A stretch of DNA of 64,000 nucleotides from Lingula anatina (lineage: Eukaryota > Animalia > Brachiopoda): assembly GCA_051362555.1 (NCBI GenBank), contig CM120643.1, positions 372,001 to 436,000 of the forward strand. Direction: 5' to 3'. Position 1 is the first letter of the stretch; every line of letters begins with the position of its first letter. Under the pieces are notes generated by a model. That model made no database searches and had not been told where the DNA came from. It saw only the letters and a list, made by a program, of their open reading frames with translations. The translations under genes were made by a program, and so were the position numbers. Shown piece after piece: positions 37,001 to 49,684 of this stretch.

Positions 37001-40000
37001 TTTAAGAAGACATCTTGCAGCTGTGAGATGTCACAGGTGGAGACATTAACACAAGTCACTGCTTACATTGTGAATCTAAATGATGGACAATTTGTGAGAG
37101 AATACTACTTTATTATACATGAGGGGTGTACAGATGGTTGAATAAAACATTAATGTGGAAAAGTAGTGAAGTAAGGTAAGCGTAAAACTTAAGACTGATT
37201 TTTCTCCATTGCAATGCTCTGTAGTAAATTACTGTATATTCTAAAAAATCTCCCATTAAATAAAAAAAAAAACCTTGTCTCTTTCTCTCTCCCCTAGAAC
37301 ACAAGCAAGTGCATGCAAATGCAGTCCCTCACTCACAAGTATAATTTTGGCACGTTCTATTAATAGCCATCACTTAAGCATACAACACAGCACTACTGTC
37401 GTACATTGGCACTAGATTTCAGTTTCGTAGTTAAGTTTGACCAACGGCCAAATTGTGACCATTAACTTTAGAAACTTCTCGGCCTGCCAAAGACAGCTGT
37501 CAGTAAGACGCCATTGTGAGCATTTCATTAGAACTGTCATCACATCAGATGGCATGACGGCGCTTTCTAAACTGTCATTTAGGACAAGTGTACCTGATAT
37601 AACTTATCTACACAGTTTATATTGATGAACATGAACCCTTGCAACTTGGGAGGTTCAAAAACAGATAGAAAAATACATGTCAGAATATTTTAATTTAAAA
37701 AAAATGAATAAGAATTTTATTTCATAGTCACTTGCGAAGTGTTAAAATGAGGCTTATAAAGCTGTTCACAAAATAAATAAAGAAATAAATCACATAATGA
37801 TTACATATTTGACCTTTTATTTGCTGATAAGCTTTATATATAATTTACTATAATGTGTGTAATATGTGAGCTGACAGTTAACACTCAAGCTAGACTGAAG
37901 AGCCAGAATCTTCAATTATGGAGACAATGCACCACCTCAGTCATCTTGATCAATCAAACTAAGGAATAAGATTTCCCAGCATCTGCTGGATGGGAATAAT
38001 AATGAAAAATCAACTATCCTTACCAAAAAAGTGAATATATCTTAAAATTATTACCACAGGATGGATGATACACCTTTTTTCTACAAGTAAGAAGCTGGAA
38101 GAAATCCCTGTCATAAGCTGAGGCCAGCAAAGAAGTTGGCAAGGAAATCTCCAGTGCCAGAATCTCCAATTAAGTATCTTTCCTATCTTTGAGAAGAACA
38201 TTGCCAACAGAAGTGCAAATGTTGGATTATGATATATTTGGGGAACTTATGAAGCATTAACTGTCTGTGAAGTGCAAGATGTAAAAGTGATCATATACGA
38301 AAGTGAAAGAGTTCAAACAAAACCTGACAAAAAGTTTATAAAAGATGCATATTATGTTGGGAATGTTTCAAATAAAGGAAAGATATTCTTGGACATCCAG
38401 ACATAGGATATTTCCTTGGTAACTTCTTTGCTGGTCTCAGTTCATGAACATAGTGATTGCTCCCCGGCTTCTTTCACGCAGATCAAAAATTTTCCATCCG
38501 TCTCTTTTAAATAATTAAAAAAACATTTACCCTTTGGTTGCTTGAGGTTAACAATGGCAGTGCTAACATGAGGAAAATACATTTTATAACCCTAAAAACA
38601 TAAGAAAAGTCATATAACAAACTATGGGCCCTTTATTTGCCATTGATGAAACTCTTGTTAGTGCATTTTGCCTGCCATTTTGAAAACTAATTTATCAACT
38701 TAGATGGCTGTTGTGGAAAAAAAATTAGTTGTCACCTCATTTTCTGCCATAGAAAACACTTAACCTAACCCTATTCAAAACAGGTATATAAATACATTTA
38801 GTTACTATATGTAGTACACAAGCTTTTTATGTGTGTCCAAAAATAGTGAAATTAAGGACCTAAAGAAATGCCCATAGCTCAAATTTCTCATCAGAAATGA
38901 ACCCATTGACCCACTTTGCCTCTAAAATCACCTCTTCCCCAAGAGATTTCTAAAAAAAGTTCTTATATACCCTACCCTAGTCACATATTGTTCTTCTGGC
39001 AGATTGAACTACCTGTAGAGATATTAATAGCAGCCCGCGTGCTGTCCAAGTATAAACACTGTACCTGGCAGCTGCACTGTATGGGGCACAGGTAAGTCAT
39101 TAATGTCAGAGATCATGGGACCACTGCCAACAACAGGGACAATAGAGCTAAGACACCTTTATTACTGGTCAGAAAATGATCCACATCAAGTATTTCCTGT
39201 CTCTGGGTGACCAATGTTAACAAGTAACACATTAAAATGGGAGTTATTTGTCAAGCACTAAACACAATCTACTAACTTAAAAAGCTCAGAAAAATATTAC
39301 TTTGGCTAAAGATAAATTTCAGTGATCAGCTTTTAATTAATATCAAAAGTCTAAAATCCAATCATGTTCAGTAGACTTCACAACACAATATATAATATAT
39401 TAAAAGTTTTTGCCATTTGTATTTAAATTGGTCGCTACCCATAACTCCTACACAGCCCCGAGAAATTTTCAAAATCTTCATTTGCACCCAAGAGTAACTT
39501 GCATGCAGAAGTCCTTACCTCCATCTTGGTTTTGGAGCAGGTAAACCCCTGCAATGACTCCTTGGTGGCCAGTGAAGCTATGGCTTCTTTCACACTCTGT
39601 ACCTTCTCATTCTGGAAGACAAAGACAGGAAAAACTTCAGTGTTCAGGGGTTTCATCCAACATACCTACTGTTGTTTTTCTAATAATAATCATTTAAGTT
39701 TCTACCATGGCAAAGATCATAAAAAATCTCAACATTTTCAACAAGAATATGGTTGTTATTTGGTTGTCAATGGAAGACTTATGAAACCCTGTCTGAATAC
39801 TACAAGTAAACAAATCGTGTGAATACCCATACTCAACAGGGCACTGCCCACGAGCTCCATATACAAAGTAGCATGCCAGGAGACAGCAAATATATGTATA
39901 TATGTATATCTAGCTGGAGAGTGAGGTAAGACATCACCAGTTTACCTGTATATCTAGCTGGAGAGTAAGAAAGGATTCCAGAGTGGCGGATTCTTTAGAT

Positions 40001-43000
40001 CCATGCTGGTACAGGGCAGACCTGATGGAGCCTCCAAATATCTCCGTTATGGGGGAGTGGGCAAACTTGGACTACAAGGAAAGCAAACATCTTCACTTAA
40101 ATGAATTTATATTTTTTCAACTTTTAAGTAATCAAAAGCAAAGTGAAGCAATTCACTTTTCCAAAATACATGAAAAAATTCACATTTCTCTTCACATTCA
40201 TCTTTTATCTTCTGTGCTACAGTTTGAGAGTTTCCAATTCTCTCTACTGCTTCAGTAAACATGTAATTGAAGAATTAGGGAATTTTCTTTCTTTCTATTT
40301 TTTCCATGAAATGTTATTTATTTCTTTTTAATTAAATATAATTGTAAAAGTAAAGTGGTGAACCACGTACCATTCGTGTGACTACACTCTTGTTTCTGCG
40401 CCCAACTTGTTCCCACTCATCTTCCCCCTCCTCCTCTCCCTCTGCTGCCTCGCCGTCCATCACCTGCGTATCTCCATTCATTGACTTCTCTGAATAGGGT
40501 CAAAAATTACAGGGAAGGTTAAGAGAAAATTTACCCATTTTTTACACCCTTGCAAAAAATGACAGTTTTTTTGTGATAATATAAGTGAAATCACTGATCT
40601 TCACAAACAGTTAGATATTTAGTGTGGAGTGAACATCTGAAGCAACTACTGTTAAAAAAAAGTTAACACAATAAAGCTGATATAAGATAAAACAGCAAAA
40701 ATAGAATTAGCTTTTACACTGGAACTCTATTTCCTCAAACTTTTCATATCTTTCATGTTCTTGAACTTTTTACAAAGATTTAGACATCTATAGGCATAAT
40801 TCTAGTACACAGTTAGGTCTGCTATGTATCAAACTGGTCTGTATAGAAATCTTCATCTGAACCAGAATAATAGCAGCTCTGTCTGTTCTTCTGTGAACAA
40901 CCAGGCTATGTCAGCTTAGTAAACAGTCTATGCACCCCTGTGTACACCTCTCACCCCCCCCTCACCCCCACCCCCCCCTCACCCCCACCCCCAGATTGGG
41001 CACATGCTCTGTCCAGTGGTAGGGGAGGCATTAAGCTGGAGTACATTTAGTAAGTACTCTGCAGTTTATCAATCTGACCACAGAAGAAAGGCCAAACTGA
41101 GAAGAGTGGATCTATGTTTTATATGAACTCGACTATTCACAACCAACATAGAAAATACAGTAGTTATTGTGATCAGGATTTTTAATCACAAGCATATTAC
41201 CTGGATCTGCATCAATATTCCTTCCATCTACTTCATTGATAGCTGCCAACATCTCATCGTGTAGACCATTTAACACACAACTCAAGAACTCCTCCGCGTC
41301 TTCTTGTTTTCCATGCTGAAAAGATAACAGACACAACCATGTCGCAGTGTTAATATGTCTGAACAGAACCAGGTCAAATCCTCAGGTTACCAGGCCAATT
41401 GTTGGGAGGCACCCTTCACACTGGACACACCCACAGGGGAAGCCAAACTACAATGAGCCAAAACATAAACATCCTGCACAATACACAAACATTTCATCAG
41501 TTTTATGGGTTATATTATGTTTTTTAAATCATACAAAGTGAATGCTGTTATTCAATGTGCTACAGATTACAGTGCATTTATAAGAAATCATCAGCTCACT
41601 TGAAGACAATTGTTATATGTTACATAAATACTTCACATGGAGCACTTATATTTCGTGCTCAGCTTATATCTAGTCTATGCAGGTAACAATGAGAATTCTA
41701 AGCTTAAAAGGATAAACTAAATTTTTTGAAAGATTATCTAAAAAAAAACTGGCCTGAACATTTGATTGTCATTTTAGGGGGTTTCCTTTGAACTATCAAG
41801 CTGCTATAAAAACATGATACCATGCAAGAAGACCAAATGCTTGCCACTGTAACCTTCTGCACATTTTACATTCATCCTTACCATGAAGTTATTGGATTTG
41901 ATCAGTTGTAATATTTGTACACATCCTTACCATGAAGTTATTGGATTTGATCAGTTGTAATATTTGTACACATCCTTACCATGAAGTTATTGGATTTGAT
42001 CAGTTGTAACATCTTGTACACGTTGACGGGTTCAAAAGGCTTCCCAGGGTTGATGTCCTGAACTCCTTTGTTCTTCTTTCCTGGAAATACTAGAGGATCA
42101 GAGAGGCGATACCGCCTCCAAATATTGTACCACCAGCTGGAGCAAACGCATTCGTATAGACCCCCACATATACAAAATAAGGAACACAGCCACCAGTCTT
42201 GTGCTTAACAAGCTGTAAAAATGCAATCAACAAGAATTTTCAAAATATGCAAAAGATATATATATTACTAAAAATGGTACGATCAAAGTTAAGTTCATCG
42301 TAAGGTAGGTCAAAGGTCAATTCCAAGGTCACAGTAAATTGCCAGTATATGACTTCCTATTCAACTTCAATAGTAACTATGGGCCTATCTCTGCCAGGTT
42401 TGGAGTTAAAAGAGAAAGAAATTAGCAGAGTTCAGTTCATGATAATAAGTAGGTCAAAGGTCAATTTCAAGGTCACACTTAGATTGCCAGTATATGACTT
42501 CCTATTCATGTTCAATAGTAACTATGGACCTATCTCTGCCAGTTTTAGAGATAAAGGGGAAGCAAAATATGCAAAGTTCAGTTCATGGTGAAAAGTAGGT
42601 CAAAGGTCAATTTTAAGGTCACTTTAAGATTGCCAGTATATGACTTCCTATTCAAGTTCAATAGTAACTATGGACCTATCTCTGCCAGTTTTGGAGATAA
42701 AAGGGAATCAAAATTTGCAAAGTTCAGTTCATGGTGAAAAGTAGGTCAAAGGTCAATTTTAAGGTCACATGTAGATTGCCAGTATATGACTTCCTATTCA
42801 AGTTCAATAGAGACTATGGACCTATCTCTGCCAGTTTTGGAGATAAAAGGGAAGCAAAATTTGCAAAGTTCAGTTCATGATGAAAAGTAGGTCAAAGGTC
42901 AAATTCAAGGTCACATTTAGATTGCCAGTATATGACTTCCCATTCAACTTCAATAGTAACTATGGACCTATCTCTGCCAGTTTTGGAGAGATAAGGGACT

Positions 43001-46000
43001 AAATGTTATAATTTTGGAGTTACAATAATGTGCCATAAATTTCCTATAGAAAAAATTAATTAAAATAAAGGTCATTTTGGTCAAAATTCTTGAAATGGGA
43101 GGTGCTCTGAAGTTCCAGATGTTCAAATTTGATGAAATAATGTCATTTTTGACCACAAGTTGTCTGCTTTGCCAAGCCTTATGTTTTATTTTTCCGGAGT
43201 TCAAAATTTATTATCCATTACCGTACTGCACATTTTGCTTTCACCACCAATATGTACTTTTTGATACAGCGTAACTTTGGAGATAAAAGGGAAGCAAAAT
43301 TTCCAAAGTTCAGTTCTTGGTGAAAAGTAGGTCAAAGGTCAATTTTAAGGTCACATTTAGATTGCCAGTATATGACTTCCTATTCAACTTCAATAGTAAC
43401 TATGGACCTATCTCTGCCAGTTTTGGAGATAAAAGAGAATCAAAATTTGCAAAGTTCAGTTCATGGTGAAAAGTAGGTCAAAGGTCAATTTTAAGGTCAC
43501 ATGTAGATTGCCAGTATATGACTTCCTATTCAAGTTCAATAGAGACTATGGACCTATCTCTGCCAGTTTTGGAGATAAAAGGGAAGCAAAATTTGCAAAG
43601 TTCAGTTCATGGTGAAAAGTAGGTCAAAGGTCAATTTTAAGGTCACATTTAGATTGCCAGTATATGACTTCCTATTCAACTTCAATAGTAACTATGGACC
43701 TATCTCTGCCAGTTTTGGAGATATAAGGGACTAAATGTTATAATTTTGGAGTTATCATAATGTGCCATAAATTTCCTACAGAAAAAATTAATTAAAATAA
43801 AGAAAAGGTCATTTTGGTCAAAATTCTTGAAATGGGAGGTGCTCTGAAGTTCCAGATGTTCAAATTTGATGAAATAATGTCATTTTTGACCACAAGTTGT
43901 CTGCTTTGCCAAGCTTTATGTTTTATTTTTCCGGAGTTCAAAATTTTTTATCCATTACCGTACTGCACATTTAGCTTTCACCACCAATATGTACTTTTTG
44001 ATACAGCGTAACTCGAAAACCGTATGGAATACAAAAAAACGGAGACCACCTCCAGTGTTGGGCTTTAAATGCCCTACAAAATGCAAAAAAGAATGGGTGT
44101 CTAGCATTAACGGTTCCCGAATTAGAGACAGTTTTCAGTTTCGATATCTTATGGCCGCTACTCCCGTGAAAATGCACCGATTGACCCCAAATTCACGGAG
44201 ATGAAAGATGACCCGAAGGGTAACACTTTCCATTAATATTATTAGTTAAGTCTTTGTGGTGTCTGAATAAGACCGCAAATAATTTTTTTTTCAGCAAAAA
44301 TTTTGTTTTTTTTTAAATTTTGGCCCGTTTGACCTTGAAATAAAGGTCAAAGGTCAAATCCAAGGGCATATTTGAAATCTACACATATGACTTTTGGAAA
44401 GCTGTCTGTAGAAATTTTTCCCATAATTCCTTCCGTAGGGGAGATAATTAGCATTTAATTTTGCCATTTTTGGACAAGGGTGCATTGCAATGAGTGCCAC
44501 ACCTAGACCCCAATACCGACAAAGCCCAAATTTTACGTGGAACGAGTTGAGATTATAGGTGACCTAAATCCAAGAGATGGGTATGGAGGCCCTTACCGTC
44601 TAGGAGGAGAAGCGGTAACGGTGACTTGGCGGCGGAGCCGCAGGAGCCGCAGGAGCCGCAGGAGCCGGCGGAACATACGGGTCGGGACTAAAACCATGTG
44701 TACCGCCAGCGCCTACGCTGGTGGTACAATTAGAGGAAAAAATTCAGTTACACAACTAGTACCCATTTTCTTTTGTTACACATTAATCTGCCTATATTGA
44801 AGAATACATACACATTTATGTGCAGAAATGTATCTGTTAGTAAGAATAAATTACACCCTGTCAAAGATTTTTTTATGTTTCGGTTTTCTTTATTACTCTT
44901 TTATTGTGAAAAGTTACACCATAATATGTTTAACCCACAAACAATTGACTTTGGCTTTACTTTTCAAGGATGCATTTAAGTCAGAGAGAATATCAATTTT
45001 GAACCATCGCAGCCCTGTTTTCCCCATTAGAAGAACAGACAACAGTGTAATGTAAGATGACCTTTACCTTTAGGGTACTGATATGGTACAAACTCATTGG
45101 CCAGCTCCACACTGGAAGTAGAAGACATCATCAACAGAATACAGCTAGTTTTATCTTTAAAACAATTTCTTTTAATATACACCACGCTCTCTGAATTCTG
45201 ACACTCTTAACAGGTGTTATTTCTTTCTTCTTTTTCAATAATTTGATCTTGTATTCAAACAAAGAAACAATACGCTATCTTTCAAATGATATCATTTAAC
45301 CCATAACATATTATTTTGATACTGTGCTCAGGTAAGAAAGGTGTCAAGTTTTCCGTTCATCTATATTTCAAAAATTAATTTCCTACTGTGAGACATTCTT
45401 TGTTGTCACAGCATTATCTATGAACTAAGTAGGAAGTCTTACAAGCTGTCCAGTATTGGGGTAGAGCTAGGGCCTCTGTTCCTGGCTGAGAAAAAGGCAG
45501 GCATTTGTTTGAGCAAATTATAAAATGGAGGACACGCCATCAAAGCTTGAAGAGTCTGAGGAAAAGATGTCAAGGACTCATTTATACTTTGCTTGAAATT
45601 TCAAGTCACTCAATAGAAAGTTAGCCTTTTCCGTGCATAAAATCTCCCACACAAAACACTGGTCATCTCCCACACAAAGCACTGGTCATCTCCCACACCA
45701 AACACTGGTCATCTCCCACACAAAATACTGGTCATCTCCCACACAAAACACTGGTCATCTCCCACACAAAATACTGGTCATCTTCCACACCAAACACTGG
45801 TCATCTCCCACACAAAGCACTGGTCATCTTCCACACAAAACACTGGTCATCTCCCACACCAAACACTGGTCATCTCCCACACAAAATACTGGTTATCTTC
45901 CACACCAAACACTGGTCATCTTCCACACAAAGCACTGGTCATCTCCCACACAAAACACTGGTCATCTCCCACACCAAACACTGGTCATCTCCCACACCAA

Positions 46001-49000
46001 ACACTGTTCATCTTCCACACAACAAACACTGGTCATCTTCCACACAAAGCACTGGTCATCTTCCACACCAAACACTGGTCATCTCCCACACAAAGCACTG
46101 GTCATCTCCCACACAAAGCACTGGTCATCTCCCACACCAAACACTGTTCATCTTCCACACAACAAACACTGGTCATCTTCCACACAAAGCACTGGTCATC
46201 TCCCACACAAAACACTGGTCATCTCCCACACCAAATACTGGTCATCTCCCACACCAAACACTGGTCATCTTCCACACAAAATACTGGTCATCTCCCACAC
46301 AAAGCACTGGTCATCTTCCACACAAAATACTGGTCATCTCCCACACAAAGCACTGGTCATCTTCCACACAAAATACTGGTCATCTCCCACACCAAACACT
46401 GGTCATCTCCCACACCAAACACTGGTCATCTTCCACACAAAGCACTGGTCATCTCCCACACAAAGCACTGGTCATCTCCCACACAAAATACTGGTCATCT
46501 CCCACACAAAATACTGGTCATCTTCCACACCAAACACTGGTCATCTCCCACACAAAGCACTGGTCATCTCCCACACCAAACACTGGTCATCTTCCACACC
46601 AAATACTGGTCATCTCATACACCAAATACTGGTCATCTTCCACACAAAACACTGGTCATCTTCCACACAAAACACTGGTCATCTCACATATTAAGCAGTG
46701 GTCATCTCACACACAAAGCAGTGGTCATCTCACACCAAGGATACAGCATTAATATAACACCAGTTGCCCCTGTTGACCAGTCCTCGTGGCTGTAGCGGAG
46801 CTGGACGGTGACTGACCACTGCGCCCAGTAACAACTCTGAAACAGAGGAAATACCATTAATTTTTTTGAAACTTCAAACTTCACATCCATTCTACAGCTC
46901 TTTATAAGGTGGGATTTTTTTTATTACAACTTTACCGTCAAAATAGGCAAGGGGCCCCTTTTACATATCTACGAGATAAAATCAAACAGCCAGTAATAAA
47001 AGAATAAATAATAAGAAATATTATTATTTAATACAATACTAAAAATTACAGTCAACTGATCAAGACATTAAAAACAGTTCACAACAAATAGAACCTCAGC
47101 AATACTTGTACCCATTCAGCTAATTTCAAAAATGTTCTTTTTGCAAATCTCTGGGTCTAAAATCTTTTCAAGTTATTGTAAATCTTTCTCTAGGTACTAA
47201 GACACCAGACACTCTCAGCAGCTCATTTACCTCCCACTTTCTTGGCTTTCTTATCCTCAGATGCACTGACAGTGACAGGCTCAGGCAGCGGCTCCTCTGG
47301 TTTTGCTGGAGACGGAGACTTGGCTTTCTCTCCTTGCTGCTCCTCGCTGTTTACAACATAAGTCACACTCTGCTGTGATGAGCCACCGCGGAATAGGGAT
47401 GCCCAACTTGTTGGCTTTTGTGCCGCACCGTTCCCACCCTCTGGTGGCTGACCATCTTGACTAGCTGCTGCATTCTGGGTAATTTCTGAAGCATCCTGGG
47501 AAGCCTGTGTGTTATTTACATCATTAGAGTCTAACTTGTGGTCATCTGTGCTCACGTTTGTCGTGTCACTAAGAATGCCATCACTGCGAGGCTCACATGT
47601 TCCATCACTACTTTTGGAAACATTTATCTCCTGGTTTTCATTCATGAAGTTCCCTTCCTCATCCACAACATGGGGTTTCACATTGTTCCCCTCCACAACA
47701 ACTTTCCCACTGTGAATTCCCTCACTACCTGTCCTATTCTCTAACCCTCTTGAATCTGTATTGATCACGGAGTCTTTGCTCATATTTTTCCTATCTAATA
47801 CACTGGATAGTGAGGTAACAGTCTGACCAGGGCCTGGTGTCAGCTGTCCCTCTATTGCTTGACTAGCTTCATTCATATCACTTCCCTGTTGGGGAATACT
47901 TGGACTGTGAACACTTGTCTTCATTGCATTGCTGTGAGATGTAGAGTTCTGAATGCTGTTACCGGGTTCACTGCCCACATGGGGTGCACTGTGTTTTACA
48001 CTCATTACAACCTCTGGGGGTTCAACATTCATGTAGGCACCATAATTTTCTTGACCACCTGGTGGTTTGGTGTCCATGTAGGCACCAGTTTGCCCACCAC
48101 TACCCAACCTGTAGGTGGAGCCACTAGTTTTGGCCAAAGAGACAGGCCCAGGAGGGCACTGGCCTTCTCTGTGCATTCCAACAAACTGGGACGCCACTTG
48201 TCCCAGATGGTCCACATGTTGTCCCGTGGGGTTTTGTCCCGTGTGACTTCCCGGCACACCTGCCACCTGCTGCCCTTTCTGTTTCTGGTCAATGAGTTCA
48301 TAATATCCAGGCGGACGTTTCTTTTTATTTCTGCGCTCCTTGGCACCCCCTTTTCCACCGTCATCCGATTGCACGCTGTCATCCCGCTGGTTAGTATACA
48401 AATTGGCACTGGAATACTGGTCTGTCTGTACTGGTAGGGGACTGTAGCCAGACGCTGTGAACAGTTCATCACCTACGTCCCCAAATGTAATCCCAAGGGT
48501 AGCAGCAAAGTGACCGTGGTCATTTTGATACTGGACGGGGCCGTGGCCCCTCTCTGCCCCCTGACTCCCATCTCCTTGACCTGCAAGTAAAACCAATATA
48601 GAATACTTGCCTCATCTTAGTTGAATCCAATGATAAAGAATTATACTATATAATAATATAAACAAATATAATATATATTGTAACATATACTAATAAAATA
48701 AAAATATTAGACTTCACATTATTTATAAATAAATTATTGGGCGACATTTTTCACTATTTTGGATCAACGTTTCCAAAAAATGCTTCCAAGGAATCTGCAG
48801 CTGTGTACTTACCACCTTGGTCACCACAGTTAGGTTCAGTCCATGGAAACTGTAAATATCAAAATATTTCACTCATCACAAGAAATGAATAATTACTCTT
48901 ACATCATCTAAATGAAACAGCCCAATAAAGAAAAAAATCAAGACTTTGATTCCAATACATCACATCTTAAATGCAAACATCCTGATTGTAAAAAATTTAA

Positions 49001-49684
49001 TTCTGAAGTTTCATAGTTATAATAACATTCTTCTAATGGATAAAAGTTGCAAAAAATGAAAATCCAGAAAATATAGCTTGCAATTTCTTATCGCATTTAG
49101 ACCACATCAAAATCTGATCAAAATGAAGATTGAAAATCCTGAAATCAGGCGTAATCCTTAAAACTTTCCCTCAGGAATATGTTATCATGCAAACATTTAG
49201 TTCAATGGCACCAGAACTGTTTTTTGATACAACCACTCAACAAAATTTAAAATATCTTAAACACCAGTAAATCATAAACTGTCTACAAAATGAAATGATT
49301 TTCGTTTCATTAAAACAAGTCAGGGAAGCATGTGCACCATTGCTGGGGTAGCGCTAACACTCATCAATTTTCCAAATGCTAAAACTGACTAAAATTGGCA
49401 AAAGAAAAAGGGCTTGATTTGATTGTTTTAGTCATATTATAACATTTGGATAAGAAATTGACAAAAAAGTGGTGATTTGGCTAAGTGAAAGAAATTGCTA
49501 GCGCTACCCCAGCATTGGATTTGTCACTCAAGAGCAGAAATGCTCAGGCCATGCTTCTCCGGTACTGTGACCTTGACACAATTCTTACCTCAATAGGATA
49601 ATTGTCCTTTGGTTCATATAAGATTCCTATCAACTGGCTTTCTTCATCAGGAGAAAGGTTACCAAGGTCCAGAAATGATATTTC
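33848..49684 (-). CDS. USP10: Ubiquitin carboxyl-terminal hydrolase 10; 14 exons traced (~894 aa), start exon unresolved
   Basis: Exons 49684-49589, 48849-48813, 48580-47231, 46836-46745, 45555-45443, 45111-45068, 42080-41980, 41315-41201, 40489-40371, 40071-39946, 39611-39519, 36367-36223, 34737-34672, 34035-33848, all in phase. Cys box [27 protein letters not shown], His box [16 protein letters not shown]10-specific [32 protein letters not shown]. Confidence 0.95.
34672..34737 (-). CDS. USP10: USP10 exon
   Basis: [22 protein letters not shown]. Confidence 0.9.
35487..35743. mobile_element. 257-bp near-perfect palindromic MITE (Tourist/Harbinger-like) in a USP10 intron
   Basis: GGCTTCGTTCACATGCAATG... 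/ ...CATTGCATGTGAACGAAGCC; arms ~120 bp; AAA on both flanks. Confidence 0.85.
35835..36227. repeat. 68-bp minisatellite starting at a USP10 donor site
   Basis: CCTCTG anchor at 35881, 35949, 36017, 36086, 36154 and 36222. Confidence 0.9.
36223..36367 (-). CDS. USP10: USP10 exon
   Basis: [36 protein letters not shown]. Confidence 0.92.
39519..39611 (-). CDS. USP10: USP10 exon
   Basis: [31 protein letters not shown]. Confidence 0.9.
39946..40071 (-). CDS. USP10: USP10 exon
   Basis: [42 protein letters not shown]. Confidence 0.92.
40371..40489 (-). CDS. USP10: USP10 exon
   Basis: ...[20 protein letters not shown]. Confidence 0.88.
41201..41315 (-). CDS. USP10: USP10 exon
   Basis: [22 protein letters not shown]. 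Confidence 0.92.
41873..42021. repeat. 49-bp tandem triplication of a USP10 exon end and its donor site
   Basis: CATCCTTACCATGAAGTTATTGGATTTGATCAGTTGTAATATTTGTACA, three copies. Confidence 0.9.
41980..42080 (-). CDS. USP10: USP10 exon
   Basis: [33 protein letters not shown]. Confidence 0.88.
42089..44732 (-). mobile_element. 2.6-kb HINE (family C) with a ~146-bp satellite array, in a USP10 intron
   Basis: Head hairpin TGTACCACCAGCG..CGCTGGCGGTACA; (GGCTCCTGC)n; AGGTCAAAGGTCA-containing 146-bp units (42300-43720); subterminal IR TTGTACCACCAGC at 42125; 3' hairpin GAGGCG..CGCCTC, then CTAGT. Confidence 0.8.
45068..45111 (-). CDS. USP10: USP10 exon (44 nt)
   Basis: [14 protein letters not shown]; phase 2-1 bridges the neighbouring exons. 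Confidence 0.85.
45443..45555 (-). CDS. USP10: USP10 exon
   Basis: [16 protein letters not shown]...SSTPILDS. Confidence 0.92.
45556..46744 (-). other. U12-type (minor spliceosome) GT-AG intron of USP10
   Basis: 5' site GTATCCTT; branch site TCCTTGAC at 45576-45569, ~15 nt from the 3' end. Confidence 0.9.
45642..46736. repeat. 23-bp minisatellite, ~47 copies
   Basis: Unit CACTGGTCATCTYCCACACMAAR. Confidence 0.92.
46745..46836 (-). CDS. USP10: USP10 exon (Cys box)
   Basis: [17 protein letters not shown]|GTATCCTT. Confidence 0.93.
47231..48580 (-). CDS. USP10: USP10 large N-terminal low-complexity exon
   Basis: 1350 nt; contains KKKRPPGYY and KPTSWASLF. Confidence 0.92.
48813..48849 (-). 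CDS. USP10: USP10 exon (37 nt)
   Basis: [12 protein letters not shown]; TTTACAG acceptor, GTAAGT donor. Confidence 0.75.
49321..49561. mobile_element. MITE-like element, possibly hAT-type
   Basis: CAGGGAAGCATG / CATGCTTCTCCG ends and an internal IR TGCTGGGGTAGCGCTA / TAGCGCTACCCCAGCA; no clear TSD. Confidence 0.5.
49589..49684 (-). CDS. USP10: USP10 N-terminal exon
   Basis: [18 protein letters not shown]...YPIE resembles vertebrate YIFGDFSPDEFNQF...VE. Confidence 0.75.

Noticed and set aside
45633-46694. 353-aa plus-strand ORF
   Set aside because: Artefact of the 23-bp minisatellite; antisense to and intronic in USP10.
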